Sequence record: LC819007.1
Length of the DNA: 64,000 nt
Reading direction: 5' to 3' (one strand)
Made by a program: the position numbers and the translations under genes
Notes under the pieces: model-generated
The model's database searches: none
Told to the model about the DNA's origin: nothing
What the model saw: only the letters and a program-made list of their open reading frames with translations
Shown: piece after piece, positions 38,939 through 47,911 of the stretch
How positions within the stretch are numbered: the first letter of the stretch is position 1
How the letters are laid out: every line of letters begins with the position of its first letter

Positions 38939-39019
38939 GCAGCGCCCTGGTAGGCGGATCACCTTCCTGGATTAGCTGCCGTACTCGTGGAAACCGTCCA
39001 GGTCAGTGACCCGGAAAGC

Positions 39020-41185
39020 TCACGGAGTCGGCGTCACGTCGGTCGTGTCGAGCGAACCCGTAACGACCACCGGCACGCGCGTCTCGACCGTAGCCGGGAT
39101 ACCCGAGACGGTCAGGTGCAGCAGGATCGGCAGGTTCGTGATGTGGCGGAATGCCGGCTGAACCGTGAGTTCCTTGCTGTTCGCACCGTTACGGTGGATC
39201 GGCAGGACGACCGTGACTTCCGGCTTCCATGCCATGTTGCCGAACTGCAGCGGATGCGGAACGCCGTCGGCAGCACCCTTCACGCCGAACGTGATGAAGA
39301 TGTGACCGTGCATCTTTTCGTTCTGCGTGTCCACGATGAGGACTTCTTCGAAGCCACCACCGATGGTGCGCAGATCGCCTGCAACCTGCAGGTAACGGCC
39401 GGTGACCTGGTCCGTACCGATGATGACGACCGGCTTCGCCGATTCGCCGCCAGCCAGCATGTCAGCAGCAGCCTTGTAGCCCGAGAGCTGGTACGCACGG
39501 AACACCATGTCGCGGATCACGTTGATCAGCGTTGCCTGGATGTTCGCAGCGAGTTCGGCGCTGTTACGCGTCTGAACCGTGCTGTCGACCTTCACTTCTT
39601 GCTCTTCGAAGTACGCCGTGATGAGGTGGCGGGCGATACCCAGCACCATCAGGTTGTCGCCCAGCGGACGACGGCCTTCTTGCACGAGCGCCTTCAGCGT
39701 GTCGGCTGCCTTGAACAGTTCGTCCACGGCCATGCCCGATGCCATTGCGCGGGTCAGCGTGACGAGCGAAGCCAGGTCGCTTGCGTCCGTCGTGTCGTTC
39801 AGGCCTTGCGGGCGCTTCACGGTGAACGGCGACAGCAGCGGCACGGCGTACGCCTGCACGTCTTGACGCGTTTCGAGCATCTGACCGATCGAGCGACGGT
39901 TCAGGTTGGTACGGCGAGCGTCGAGGTCGTAACCGATGACCTGTGCGTTGTTGAACAGCGCGACGATCGAAGCCATCGACGAGGACGTCGGCAGCAACAC
40001 TTCACCCGAAGCGTCGATGATCTTGTCCACGCGAACCGGCGATGCGTTCAGTTCGGTATTGCCCTTGTCGCGAACGACCGAGCCCGTCACCGTCGTCTTG
40101 ATGTAGACGACCAGGTTGCCGTCGACCACCGGCTTGAGCGTGACGAGTGCAGCGCCAGCAGCGGTGAGCGAAGCCGGCGTAACCGACAGCGCGTCCGTTT
40201 CCATACGCACGTCCATGCGTTGCTGGTCGCCCTGGATCGGGTACACGAACTGCGAGCCCGGCAGGTGCGTCGTCGGGAACTTCAGCACGTCGTTGCCGAC
40301 CTTCACGTACACGGCCTTCAGCAGGATGTCCGTGTCGATCGAATCGGTTTCGTCCATGTGACCTTGATCCAGCTGCAGATCGGTCTGCGACAGGTCGATC
40401 AGGTCGAACACCTTGTTCACGGCCAGCGGCGCGGTCGTGATCGATTCGCCGTTCACGTCTTGTTGCGACGTTGCGACGAGTGCCGGATCGACGAAGTATT
40501 GCGCCGTCGCGTCGGTCACGCGCGGAACGATGTGCGTCGACGTCGAGTTGATCAGACCCGGGTTGCGGATCACGTTGACGATGTTGTGGCGGTTCCAGTT
40601 GTCCAGTTCGCCGGTGGCCTTACGGCGCACGCCGTTGATCAGGTTCACCAGGTTGATGTGGATGTGGTAACCTTGCTGGTCGGGAGCGACGACCACGGTC
40701 GGGTAGAACGCTTCGCCGAACGCGTCTTGACGCGCTGCTTGCAGGTTGTACGCAACCGTGTACACGGCAGCTGCACGGTTTTCCTTCTCGTCGTACGACT
40801 CCAGCGCCGGTCCGATACGGCCGATGCCGTTCGAAGCTGCCAGGCCGCCCACGACGTTCGACATGTCGCTGTTGCGCAGGAATGCGCCGATGTCGCCGGA
40901 AACGGCGCCAGCGTAGACAGCTGCTTCGCGCTGAGCTGCGGTGAATTCGCCTTCGAGGCCAGCGACGACGTTGTTCAGGCCCGACAGGGTCGATGCGAGG
41001 TCAGCGGCCGAGACTGCGTCTTCGAAGCCTTCGAGGCCGAGCGCTGCACCCGAACCCTTGGCGGTGTTCAGGCTGTCGCGACCCGAGAGGCGCATTTGTT
41101 GTTCGACGGCGTCGATAGCTGCTTGCAGCGGCGTGGTCGATTGATGACCGTTGAAGCCGGCCATCAGTTTCTTCAGTTGAGACAT
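39020..41185 (-). CDS. major capsid protein (phiKZ gp120-like)
   Basis: 721 aa, strongest codon bias in the window; ALESYDEKENRAAAVYTVAYNLQAARQDAFGEAFYPTVVV; synteny with DnaB. Confidence 0.85.
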   Translation of the reverse strand: MSQLKKLMAGFNGHQSTTPLQAAIDAVEQQMRLSGRDSLNTAKGSGAALGLEGFEDAVSAADLASTLSGLNNVVAGLEGEFTAAQREAAVYAGAVSGDIGAFLRNSDMSNVVGGLAASNGIGRIGPALESYDEKENRAAAVYTVAYNLQAARQDAFGEAFYPTVVVAPDQQGYHIHINLVNLINGVRRKATGELDNWNRHNIVNVIRNPGLINSTSTHIVPRVTDATAQYFVDPALVATSQQDVNGESITTAPLAVNKVFDLIDLSQTDLQLDQGHMDETDSIDTDILLKAVYVKVGNDVLKFPTTHLPGSQFVYPIQGDQQRMDVRMETDALSVTPASLTAAGAALVTLKPVVDGNLVVYIKTTVTGSVVRDKGNTELNASPVRVDKIIDASGEVLLPTSSSMASIVALFNNAQVIGYDLDARRTNLNRRSIGQMLETRQDVQAYAVPLLSPFTVKRPQGLNDTTDASDLASLVTLTRAMASGMAVDELFKAADTLKALVQEGRRPLGDNLMVLGIARHLITAYFEEQEVKVDSTVQTRNSAELAANIQATLINVIRDMVFRAYQLSGYKAAADMLAGGESAKPVVIIGTDQVTGRYLQVAGDLRTIGGGFEEVLIVDTQNEKMHGHIFITFGVKGAADGVPHPLQFGNMAWKPEVTVVLPIHRNGANSKELTVQPAFRHITNLPILLHLTVSGIPATVETRVPVVVTGSLDTTDVTPTP

Positions 41186-41232
41186 GGTTTTGTTTTCCGG
41201 AAAAGGATGTAATTACAGGATCGATCGGATCG

Positions 41233-41802
41233 TTAATGCATTAACGACTCGACGTAGGCCTGGCCCACGGGACGAGACACCAACGCGTGGTAATCTTCAT
41301 ACACATAGAGCTGTTTGACCATACATCGAAGTAGCGCAAGCTGATTCTTCGCGTGCTCAACCAGGGTAAACCCTTGCTTCAGCTTCACCGCAATTGCCAC
41401 GTCACCGGCCAGAGACACCTCAAAGGTATCCTTGGGACCTGTGTCGCCATACGGAGAAGGAACAACATCGGACTGCTCGATGACCAGTCGGCGCAATGTC
41501 TCATCTTGCACTTTCTTATCATTCGCGAGGGCAGCAATGTCCTCAATAGCGCTTCTAACCCTAGCATCGCCGGACGGTACGCTGTCCAGCCAACGATAGT
41601 GAAACAGGACCGTATCGGGTCCGACGCCATTGCCGGCAAAAAAGTGAGCCACTTGGCTCAGTGCTGCGAGGCTCGTGAGGTCCTCAGTGGAAAAGAACGG
41701 ACGAATCTTCTCATACGTGAGCAAATCCTCCGTCTTGAGGTTGTTACGCACCAAGACGGGAGTGATCCACCACGGAATGAAAGCGAACTGTTTCTCTTGC
41801 AT
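41233..41802 (-). CDS. probable head protein (gp119-like position)
   Basis: Between DnaB and MCP; likely start MQEKQF. Confidence 0.5.
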   Translation of the reverse strand: MQEKQFAFIPWWITPVLVRNNLKTEDLLTYEKIRPFFSTEDLTSLAALSQVAHFFAGNGVGPDTVLFHYRWLDSVPSGDARVRSAIEDIAALANDKKVQDETLRRLVIEQSDVVPSPYGDTGPKDTFEVSLAGDVAIAVKLKQGFTLVEHAKNQLALLRCMVKQLYVYEDYHALVSRPVGQAYVESLMH

Positions 41803-42023
41803 ATAAATGGTGATGTTTTTACTGGAATAAATACCAGTGCGGAATAGGGAAGTCGTCACAGTCGTACGCACCGCGACGACTGGCGGTGGTGTGAATGGCT
41901 GCTCAAATAATTGGTACAGTATTGGTAGTGATAAAAAACTCAACGTACCTTTTAGTATGCAGAGTCGGGGTAGTCCGACCAACCTAATACCAACCCATCT
42001 AGAAGAACAGCCGTCAGTTCACC

Positions 42024-43559
42024 ATGAAAGATATTCTGCTCCTCATCCGTGCTATCACTTTGCTCTTCCGTGAAAGCCAGCTTGACATTGGTGCGACTTC
42101 CTCGCCCGAGATCGTAAAAGAAGTAGCAGATACCGTGAAGCCGCCCGAGATGGCGGTGGGCTCCAGCGACAATGACCGAGACATGGTCATGGGTCTGCGT
42201 GGCATGGCAGTATGGATGGCCTCTAATACAGAAGGCGCCAAGTACGTCGCTGATGACCTGTTGCAAAAGGTCCGGATGCTGACTCGTCACGACGAGTCGC
42301 TCTACGACGCACTGAAAGAAGGCATCAGCGGTGAGATGCCTGAGACGGACCTGAAGATCATTACCGGCAACATCCGTCAGGAGCTGAACGCCTATCTCCG
42401 GGAAGTGCAGGCACTGAACATCATCAAAGAGAATTCCCGCAAGGCGTCGTTCAATCGGGAAGACATCGCTTCGATGCCGGAGTTCATTGCGCAGTTCCGT
42501 GCACAACTGGAGCAGTACGAGACCAACGTCAAGGAGCGTGACCCGGCGATTGTTGGCGAAGTGAAGCTCAGTGAAATGGATGCGGTCGAGGCAGTCTATC
42601 GACAGGCCAAGGAACTGAACAACGAAGCCGGTATCATGAAGACCGGCTGGCAGGCGCTCAACCGAATGCTCCAGGGTGGCTTCCGTCGTGGTGAAGAAGT
42701 GGTGGTGGGCGCGCTCCAGCACAACTTCAAGACGGGCTTCACGCTCTCGTTGTTCAAGCAGATCGCGCTGTACAACAAGCCGTACATGATCGACGAGAAG
42801 AAGAAACCGCTGCTGTTGCGGATCTCTTTCGAAGATCCCCTGTCATTGAACTTCCCGTTCCTCTACCGTAACATCAAGGAGAACGAGACCCTCGAACACG
42901 CCAACGTGGTCAACACGCCGGTCGAGGAGATGTCGGCCTACATTCACGAGAAGCTCACGGTCAACGGCTACGAGATCATGCTCGTGCACGTCAATCCGTC
43001 GCTGTGGGGTTATCGTGACGTACAGAACTACGTCTTGCAGCTGGAAGCCGAAGGCTACGAAGTGCACATGTTGATGCTCGATTACCTGAACATGCTGGAT
43101 AAGCGTGGTCTGGATAATACGGGTCCGACAGGTTCGAACATTCGTGACCTGTTCCGTCGTATGCGTAACTTCTGCTCGCCGCGCAAGATCACGCTGATCA
43201 CGCCGCATCAGTTGTCGACAGAAGCGAAGATGTTGATTCGTCAGGGTAACGAAGAGTCCTTTGTGCGAGACATCGCCAATAAGGGCTACTACGACTCCTG
43301 TAAGACGATCGACCAGGAAGTGGACTTGGAGTTGTATATCCACAAGGTGATTGCAGACGGGAAGTCCTGGCTATGCGTGCAGCGTGGCAAGCATCGTCTC
43401 ATCCAACAGACCAAGGAAGAGTACAAGTACACCGTACTGCCTTTCGAGGACATTGGGGATATTCGAGACGACGTCAACGGACCGGACTCGTCACGCAAGA
43501 AACCAGCGGGACCTGCTGAGGGAGAGAAGCCTGCGTTCTGGGATTTCGATCTCGTGTAA
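42024..43559 (+). CDS. dnaB: DnaB-like replicative helicase (phiKZ gp118-like)
   Basis: KTGWQALNRMLQGGFRRGE, variant Walker A GALQHNFKTG, MLDYL, PHQLS, KHR. Confidence 0.85.
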   Translation: MKDILLLIRAITLLFRESQLDIGATSSPEIVKEVADTVKPPEMAVGSSDNDRDMVMGLRGMAVWMASNTEGAKYVADDLLQKVRMLTRHDESLYDALKEGISGEMPETDLKIITGNIRQELNAYLREVQALNIIKENSRKASFNREDIASMPEFIAQFRAQLEQYETNVKERDPAIVGEVKLSEMDAVEAVYRQAKELNNEAGIMKTGWQALNRMLQGGFRRGEEVVVGALQHNFKTGFTLSLFKQIALYNKPYMIDEKKKPLLLRISFEDPLSLNFPFLYRNIKENETLEHANVVNTPVEEMSAYIHEKLTVNGYEIMLVHVNPSLWGYRDVQNYVLQLEAEGYEVHMLMLDYLNMLDKRGLDNTGPTGSNIRDLFRRMRNFCSPRKITLITPHQLSTEAKMLIRQGNEESFVRDIANKGYYDSCKTIDQEVDLELYIHKVIADGKSWLCVQRGKHRLIQQTKEEYKYTVLPFEDIGDIRDDVNGPDSSRKKPAGPAEGEKPAFWDFDLV

Positions 43560-43563
43560 GTGT

Positions 43564-43594
43564 GAGGGACGGGGAAACCCGTCTCTTATGCCGC
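43564..43594 (+). terminator. hairpin terminator
   Basis: gagggacggg-gaaa-cccgtctctt-atgccgc. Confidence 0.7.
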
Positions 43595-43631
43595 AATTTT
43601 ATGGTACACCTGTACCTATCTGGAGCAACAC

Positions 43632-44048
43632 ATGCAATTCACTTTCTCGCTGGCTTCCCTGAAAGCCCTGATTACCAAGATCAAGGAAGACGCTCTCGTC
43701 TTGTGGTTCGCTCGTAAGCACGCCGATACGCCGTTCACCGCTAAGGTGCTCTGCGTGCTCGCAGTGGCCTATGGTCTTAGCCCCATCGACCTGATCCCGG
43801 ATTTCATCCCGGTGATTGGCAAGCTGGACGACATGATCATCATGCCGGGTCTGATCTGGCTCGCGTACAAACTGTTGCCGGCCAAGGTCATCGAAGACTG
43901 CCAGCAACAAGCTGATGATTTCCTGGAAAAGCAACCGTCTCTGCCCACGAGCATTATGGGTATGATCACCGGTTCGTCGGCTTGGGTCGTAGCGGGCCTG
44001 CACTTCGTGCAGAAGTTCGTACCGTTCCCGTTCAAATTGCCGTTCTAA
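43632..44048 (+). CDS. YkvA/DUF1232 family membrane protein
   Basis: YGLSPIDLIPDFIPVIGKLDD signature. Confidence 0.85.
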   Translation: MQFTFSLASLKALITKIKEDALVLWFARKHADTPFTAKVLCVLAVAYGLSPIDLIPDFIPVIGKLDDMIIMPGLIWLAYKLLPAKVIEDCQQQADDFLEKQPSLPTSIMGMITGSSAWVVAGLHFVQKFVPFPFKLPF

Positions 44049-44069
44049 GGCAAAAAAAAAAGATAGCTT

Positions 44070-44114
44070 GACATAAGCGAGAGAGACCCGAAGGTCTCTC
44101 TCGCTCTTATGCCG
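44070..44114. terminator. bidirectional hairpin terminator
   Basis: 29-nt core identical to 33502-33530. Confidence 0.8.
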
Positions 44115-44483
44115 TTAGTTGAGGCGCATGTCAGGCACACCAAACTTCGACGTCATGTGGTAGGTGTAATCCTTAAAGCGCTGGATGTGGCTGATCAAGC
44201 AGTGGTCATCCGGATAACCCAGTTCACCTTTCGGACAAGCGCGGTTCGCTTCGAAAGGAATCGCCTGACGCTTGGCTTCTACCTGGGACTTGATCACCTG
44301 AGGAACCTGCTTAGACTGATCCACAGCGTACACGTAGTTGTCAGCCTGTTGGTACTCATTGCTGATCACCATCGACCAGCAATTATCACGCTGAGCCTTG
44401 GAAGGCATCGTATCGCAGGTAGAAACCGCGAACGCATGAGAGGCCCACAGAGCGGTTACAAGAGCCAGGATATAGTTGCGCAT
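44115..44483 (-). CDS. secreted protein, four Cys
   Basis: Signal peptide MRNYILALVTALWASHAFA. Confidence 0.65.
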   Translation of the reverse strand: MRNYILALVTALWASHAFAVSTCDTMPSKAQRDNCWSMVISNEYQQADNYVYAVDQSKQVPQVIKSQVEAKRQAIPFEANRACPKGELGYPDDHCLISHIQRFKDYTYHMTSKFGVPDMRLN

Positions 44484-44548
44484 GGCGAGAACTCCTTAGC
44501 GGCATAGAAGACGGCCTAAGCCGTCCTCTATGGGTTTTACAGCGCCTG

Positions 44549-44956
44549 TTACTTGACGACCGAGAGGAAACCCTTACTAACCGGGCTTTTCGGAGTGTCT
44601 GACGACAGAGCAGGCGTTTCTGCTGCCGGTGCTTGCGCCACCGACTGTTCCGGGAAGGCCATTCCCTCACCCGTTTCACGGGCGTAGATGGCCAACACGC
44701 GATCGACCGGCACTTCGATCTTGAACATCTTGCCGGAGAAGCGAGCACTGAACTCGATGAAGTCGTTGCCCATGTTCAACATGTTGGTGGCTTCACCGCT
44801 GATGTTCAGCGTGATCTGGCCATCCTTCACGTATTGCATCGGCACCCGCACGGTATTGTCAACCAGTACCGTCATATACGGGGTGTGGCCATTGTCAGTA
44901 CACCACTCGTGCAGCGCTCTCAGGAAGTACGGCTTGTTCGAAATGACCTTGCTCAT
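44549..44956 (-). CDS. sspB: stringent starvation protein B (ClpXP adaptor)
   Basis: KPYFLRALHEWCTDNGHTPY, VKDGQITLNIS, FSARFSG, VLAIYARETGEGMAF, C-terminal LSVVK. Confidence 0.9.
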   Translation of the reverse strand: MSKVISNKPYFLRALHEWCTDNGHTPYMTVLVDNTVRVPMQYVKDGQITLNISGEATNMLNMGNDFIEFSARFSGKMFKIEVPVDRVLAIYARETGEGMAFPEQSVAQAPAAETPALSSDTPKSPVSKGFLSVVK

Positions 44957-45339
44957 CAGTCGCCTTTCTTAAGCTGAGCGTTAAGTTGATCCACGACCGA
45001 CTGGACTTTCTTTTCATCCATATAGTCGTAGCCTTGCAGTGCATCGATGTGCACCTGAATCGCGAAGCCGAAGTCGCCATGACCGTAGGTGACACGCTTC
45101 ACGCTATAACCAGTAACCTTTGGACCAGGAGGCGGCGTACTTGCACCACCGCCTCCACCGCCCGTCGGCGGACAGGGAGCGCCACCGCTGGCGCCGTTGC
45201 TGTTCGCAGGGGCCATACCGCCGCCGGCAAAGCCGACAGCGGGAATGCCAAAGCCATGCGCATTCAGGCCACCCGAGCCATTCGGGCCCATCGGCGCAAC
45301 CGTACTGCCTGCGCCGTTACCGGGGAACTTGTCGCTCAT
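44956..45339 (-). CDS. hypothetical protein, Gly/Pro-rich N-terminus
   Basis: 127 aa, coupled to both neighbours. Confidence 0.6.
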   Translation of the reverse strand: MSDKFPGNGAGSTVAPMGPNGSGGLNAHGFGIPAVGFAGGGMAPANSNGASGGAPCPPTGGGGGGASTPPPGPKVTGYSVKRVTYGHGDFGFAIQVHIDALQGYDYMDEKKVQSVVDQLNAQLKKGD

Positions 45340-45821
45340 CAGGCGCTCTTCCGCAGGATGTTTTCGAGTTCGACGATGTCGTCCAGGTCCTGTTCACGCT
45401 TGGCCTGCAGGCGGTCCGGGCGGTTAGCCAACTTCAGCTTCTGCTTGAGCAGCTCTTCCGGCGTATAGCAGCCGATGCCGCCATACACGCCGATCTTGAC
45501 GCCTTCCTGCAGTCCGCGATGCAGCGAGTATTCGCCGATGCGCAGGTACTCGACGCCAGCCGACCGCACGAGCGTCGCTTCCTTGTAGGTCTTGATGTAG
45601 TCGCCATTCGGTTCCAGAATGACGTCGATGCCGTCCTTGCACAGCTTGCGCTTCAGGCGGTCATACAGTTCAGCTGGGACGTCCAGATCCAGATCTTCGG
45701 TTTCCTTGCGCAAGCCGAGCATCACCAGCGCACCGCCGGCGGAAACAATGGCTTCCTTGATGGTCAGGCGATGCTGCTTACGGAAACGGTCGTATGCTGC
45801 AATGAAAGCGGATTTGTTCAT
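45339..45821 (-). CDS. small Pol-beta-superfamily nucleotidyltransferase
   Basis: AGGALVMLGLRKETEDLDLDV (GG...DxD) and C-terminal K...R..K..QD..D. Confidence 0.65.
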   Translation of the reverse strand: MNKSAFIAAYDRFRKQHRLTIKEAIVSAGGALVMLGLRKETEDLDLDVPAELYDRLKRKLCKDGIDVILEPNGDYIKTYKEATLVRSAGVEYLRIGEYSLHRGLQEGVKIGVYGGIGCYTPEELLKQKLKLANRPDRLQAKREQDLDDIVELENILRKSA

Positions 45822-45866
45822 GTTGTTTTGAAATCTCTCTAAAGATTAGGGGGTGGTACTGCAGGA

Positions 45867-45878
45867 TGATGATATGTG
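45867..45878 (-). promoter_or_regulatory. putative early promoter CACATATCATCA
   Basis: Motif copy directly after the HNH stop codon. Confidence 0.5.
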
Positions 45879-45879
45879 G

Positions 45880-46503
45880 TCAAATCTTTCTCGGCTTTGC
45901 ACCGATAGCTTCTTCAAAAGACCAACCGTTGCTGATTCTCCAGCTAACTGTGCGATAATTAATGTTTAGCTCGCGACACCACACCGGTAACGTTTGCTTG
46001 CGACCGTTGCGCTCGTAGAAGATGTTATTTGATCTATTGTTGGCTTGTTCCGTCTTGGTTGCCCAGCGACAGTTATTTTTCGAATAGCCGAGATCATTTT
46101 CTTCTCGATCGAGCGTGTGGTCTGGAGACGGCCGTCGCCCCATGTCACGATAGAAGTTTTCGAACTCACGCCACTCATCGCAAACTGTAATACCGCGCCC
46201 ACCATACCGATCATAGTGGGTGGCTTTGGGATTGTAGCAGCGCTCGATCATCTGACGCCAAACGTTAAACTCGGCCAGATGACGATTGCCGTGTACTGTG
46301 ACTGCTTCTCGCTGAAGACAGCCACAACTCCGAGTGGGATTTTTCTTCGCTCTCAGGTTATTCATGTACACGCGAGCTTCATTTCCACAATCACAAACAC
46401 AAATCCAGATCGGGCTGAAATATCCGTTCCTTACGAATAGTCTTTCTTTAACGACAAGACGTCCGTAGCGCTCTCCGGTAAGATCAAGAGGTGTTACTGG
46501 CAT
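45880..46503 (-). mobile_element. free-standing HNH homing endonuclease
   Basis: DLTGERYGRL, WICVCDCG, SCGC, YGGRGITVCDEW, TLDREENDLGYSKNNCRWATKTEQANN; lower GC than neighbours. Confidence 0.8.
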
Positions 46504-46551
46504 TTCTGTAGCACAAAGAGTGGCGTATAGGCGCCGTTAAGAGAAAAGATA

Positions 46552-46590
46552 GCATAGAGAGGAGGGTATCCCCTCCCTCTTTTATGCCGC
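46552..46590. terminator. hairpin terminator
   Basis: gcatagagaggaggg-tat-cccctccctctt-ttatgccgc. Confidence 0.7.
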
Positions 46591-46591
46591 T

Positions 46592-47359
46592 TTAAAACGA
46601 TGAACGACGGCTGATGTTCAGCTCTTCCGTAGCCAGCGCCTGCAACAGATCCAGCTGCTCGGGCATGGCCACAACGTGCACGTGCTCCATCGCGCCGACC
46701 TGGAAATGTTCGGTTTTCAGGCTCAGAAGCAACGATGAGAGCATGATGTTCGGGAAGTGTTGGGTAAAGCGTTGCACGTAGTCCGACACCGACAGCATCG
46801 TAACAATCCCCGGCATCTCGGCAGCCATCATGAATTCCCAACGCGGAACCGCCGCTGTCTTGAAAAACGGATCACCTTGATCGTTCTTCTCCGCAACGTG
46901 ATAGCGAGCCACAACTTTGGCTGCCTCGCGCAGTTCAGTCAGCAGGTGCACTGCCTGGATCATCACGTGCTCGGCATTCTCAGTCTTGTCACTGAAGAGC
47001 TCGTAAGCCGCACCCAGATCAGTCATGTACTTGGTGAAGAAATGCTCGATCTCAACGTTGATCTTCATGCACTCAAAGACGCCCTCTACTGACAGAGACA
47101 TCTGACGCGTTGAGCTTGCCGCGAACAGTGGTGAGCTCAGCGGCGAGAGGCGTCGTGCTTTGTAGCCACGGATACCGTTGGGCTCCGAAGCCTGGACGTG
47201 CGCGCTGCCAGCGCCGACCGGTTCGCTTTCCGACGGACGGGCATCCGGTTCAACTGCGATCGGTTCAATCGAGCGCACTGGCGGCAATTCGCCAATTGCC
47301 TGTTCATTCATGGAGTCCATTGCGACTTCGGGGACATCGTGGCCGTCATTCGTAATCAT
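46592..47359 (-). CDS. hypothetical protein
   Basis: 255-aa ORF with RBS. Confidence 0.6.
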   Translation of the reverse strand: MITNDGHDVPEVAMDSMNEQAIGELPPVRSIEPIAVEPDARPSESEPVGAGSAHVQASEPNGIRGYKARRLSPLSSPLFAASSTRQMSLSVEGVFECMKINVEIEHFFTKYMTDLGAAYELFSDKTENAEHVMIQAVHLLTELREAAKVVARYHVAEKNDQGDPFFKTAAVPRWEFMMAAEMPGIVTMLSVSDYVQRFTQHFPNIMLSSLLLSLKTEHFQVGAMEHVHVVAMPEQLDLLQALATEELNISRRSSF

Positions 47360-47404
47360 CTTGTTTCCTTTATTGAGTTCAGTGGTGGTGGTGAATCAAC
47401 AGCT

Positions 47405-47821
47405 TTAGTTCGGCAGCCTGCCTTCGACCAGATACGTCGCGATGTCCGAGTGGATGTTCGCGATGTCACGACACATCAGGTTGCTCACCGGATGCTCTTT
47501 GGCCGCCATCGTCAATGCGCCCTGGTAGCTAATCGTGCGGATCGTGGCGCCGTCCATCGTGCCGAATACTGCAACCTGCGTCCCGCCGTTGTCGTAAGCG
47601 ACGTTGCTCAGGTGCACGATGCTGATGTCTTCAGCTTGCTCCGCCTTCTGATCCAGGAAGAACGAAGTACGGAACAGATTGCCTTCCACGCCGACGGGCT
47701 TCGCGTAGTTCGGGCGTGCAGTCTGCAAGCAGTCGGGATGGTCTTTCAGCATCGCGACGAGCGTCGCTGCGATGTTATCCACTGCTTCGGGTTGCTTGTA
47801 CAGCTTGGTTGCGACTGCCAT
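47405..47821 (-). CDS. hypothetical protein
   Basis: 138 aa with strong codon bias. Confidence 0.65.
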   Translation of the reverse strand: MAVATKLYKQPEAVDNIAATLVAMLKDHPDCLQTARPNYAKPVGVEGNLFRTSFFLDQKAEQAEDISIVHLSNVAYDNGGTQVAVFGTMDGATIRTISYQGALTMAAKEHPVSNLMCRDIANIHSDIATYLVEGRLPN

Positions 47822-47911
47822 GATAATTTCCTTTCGTGGTGAGAAAGCGGAATAAAAAAGGCCAGGCCCGAAGACCTGACCAAGAGGGCACTACCTACTG
47901 CCCTGAGAGAC

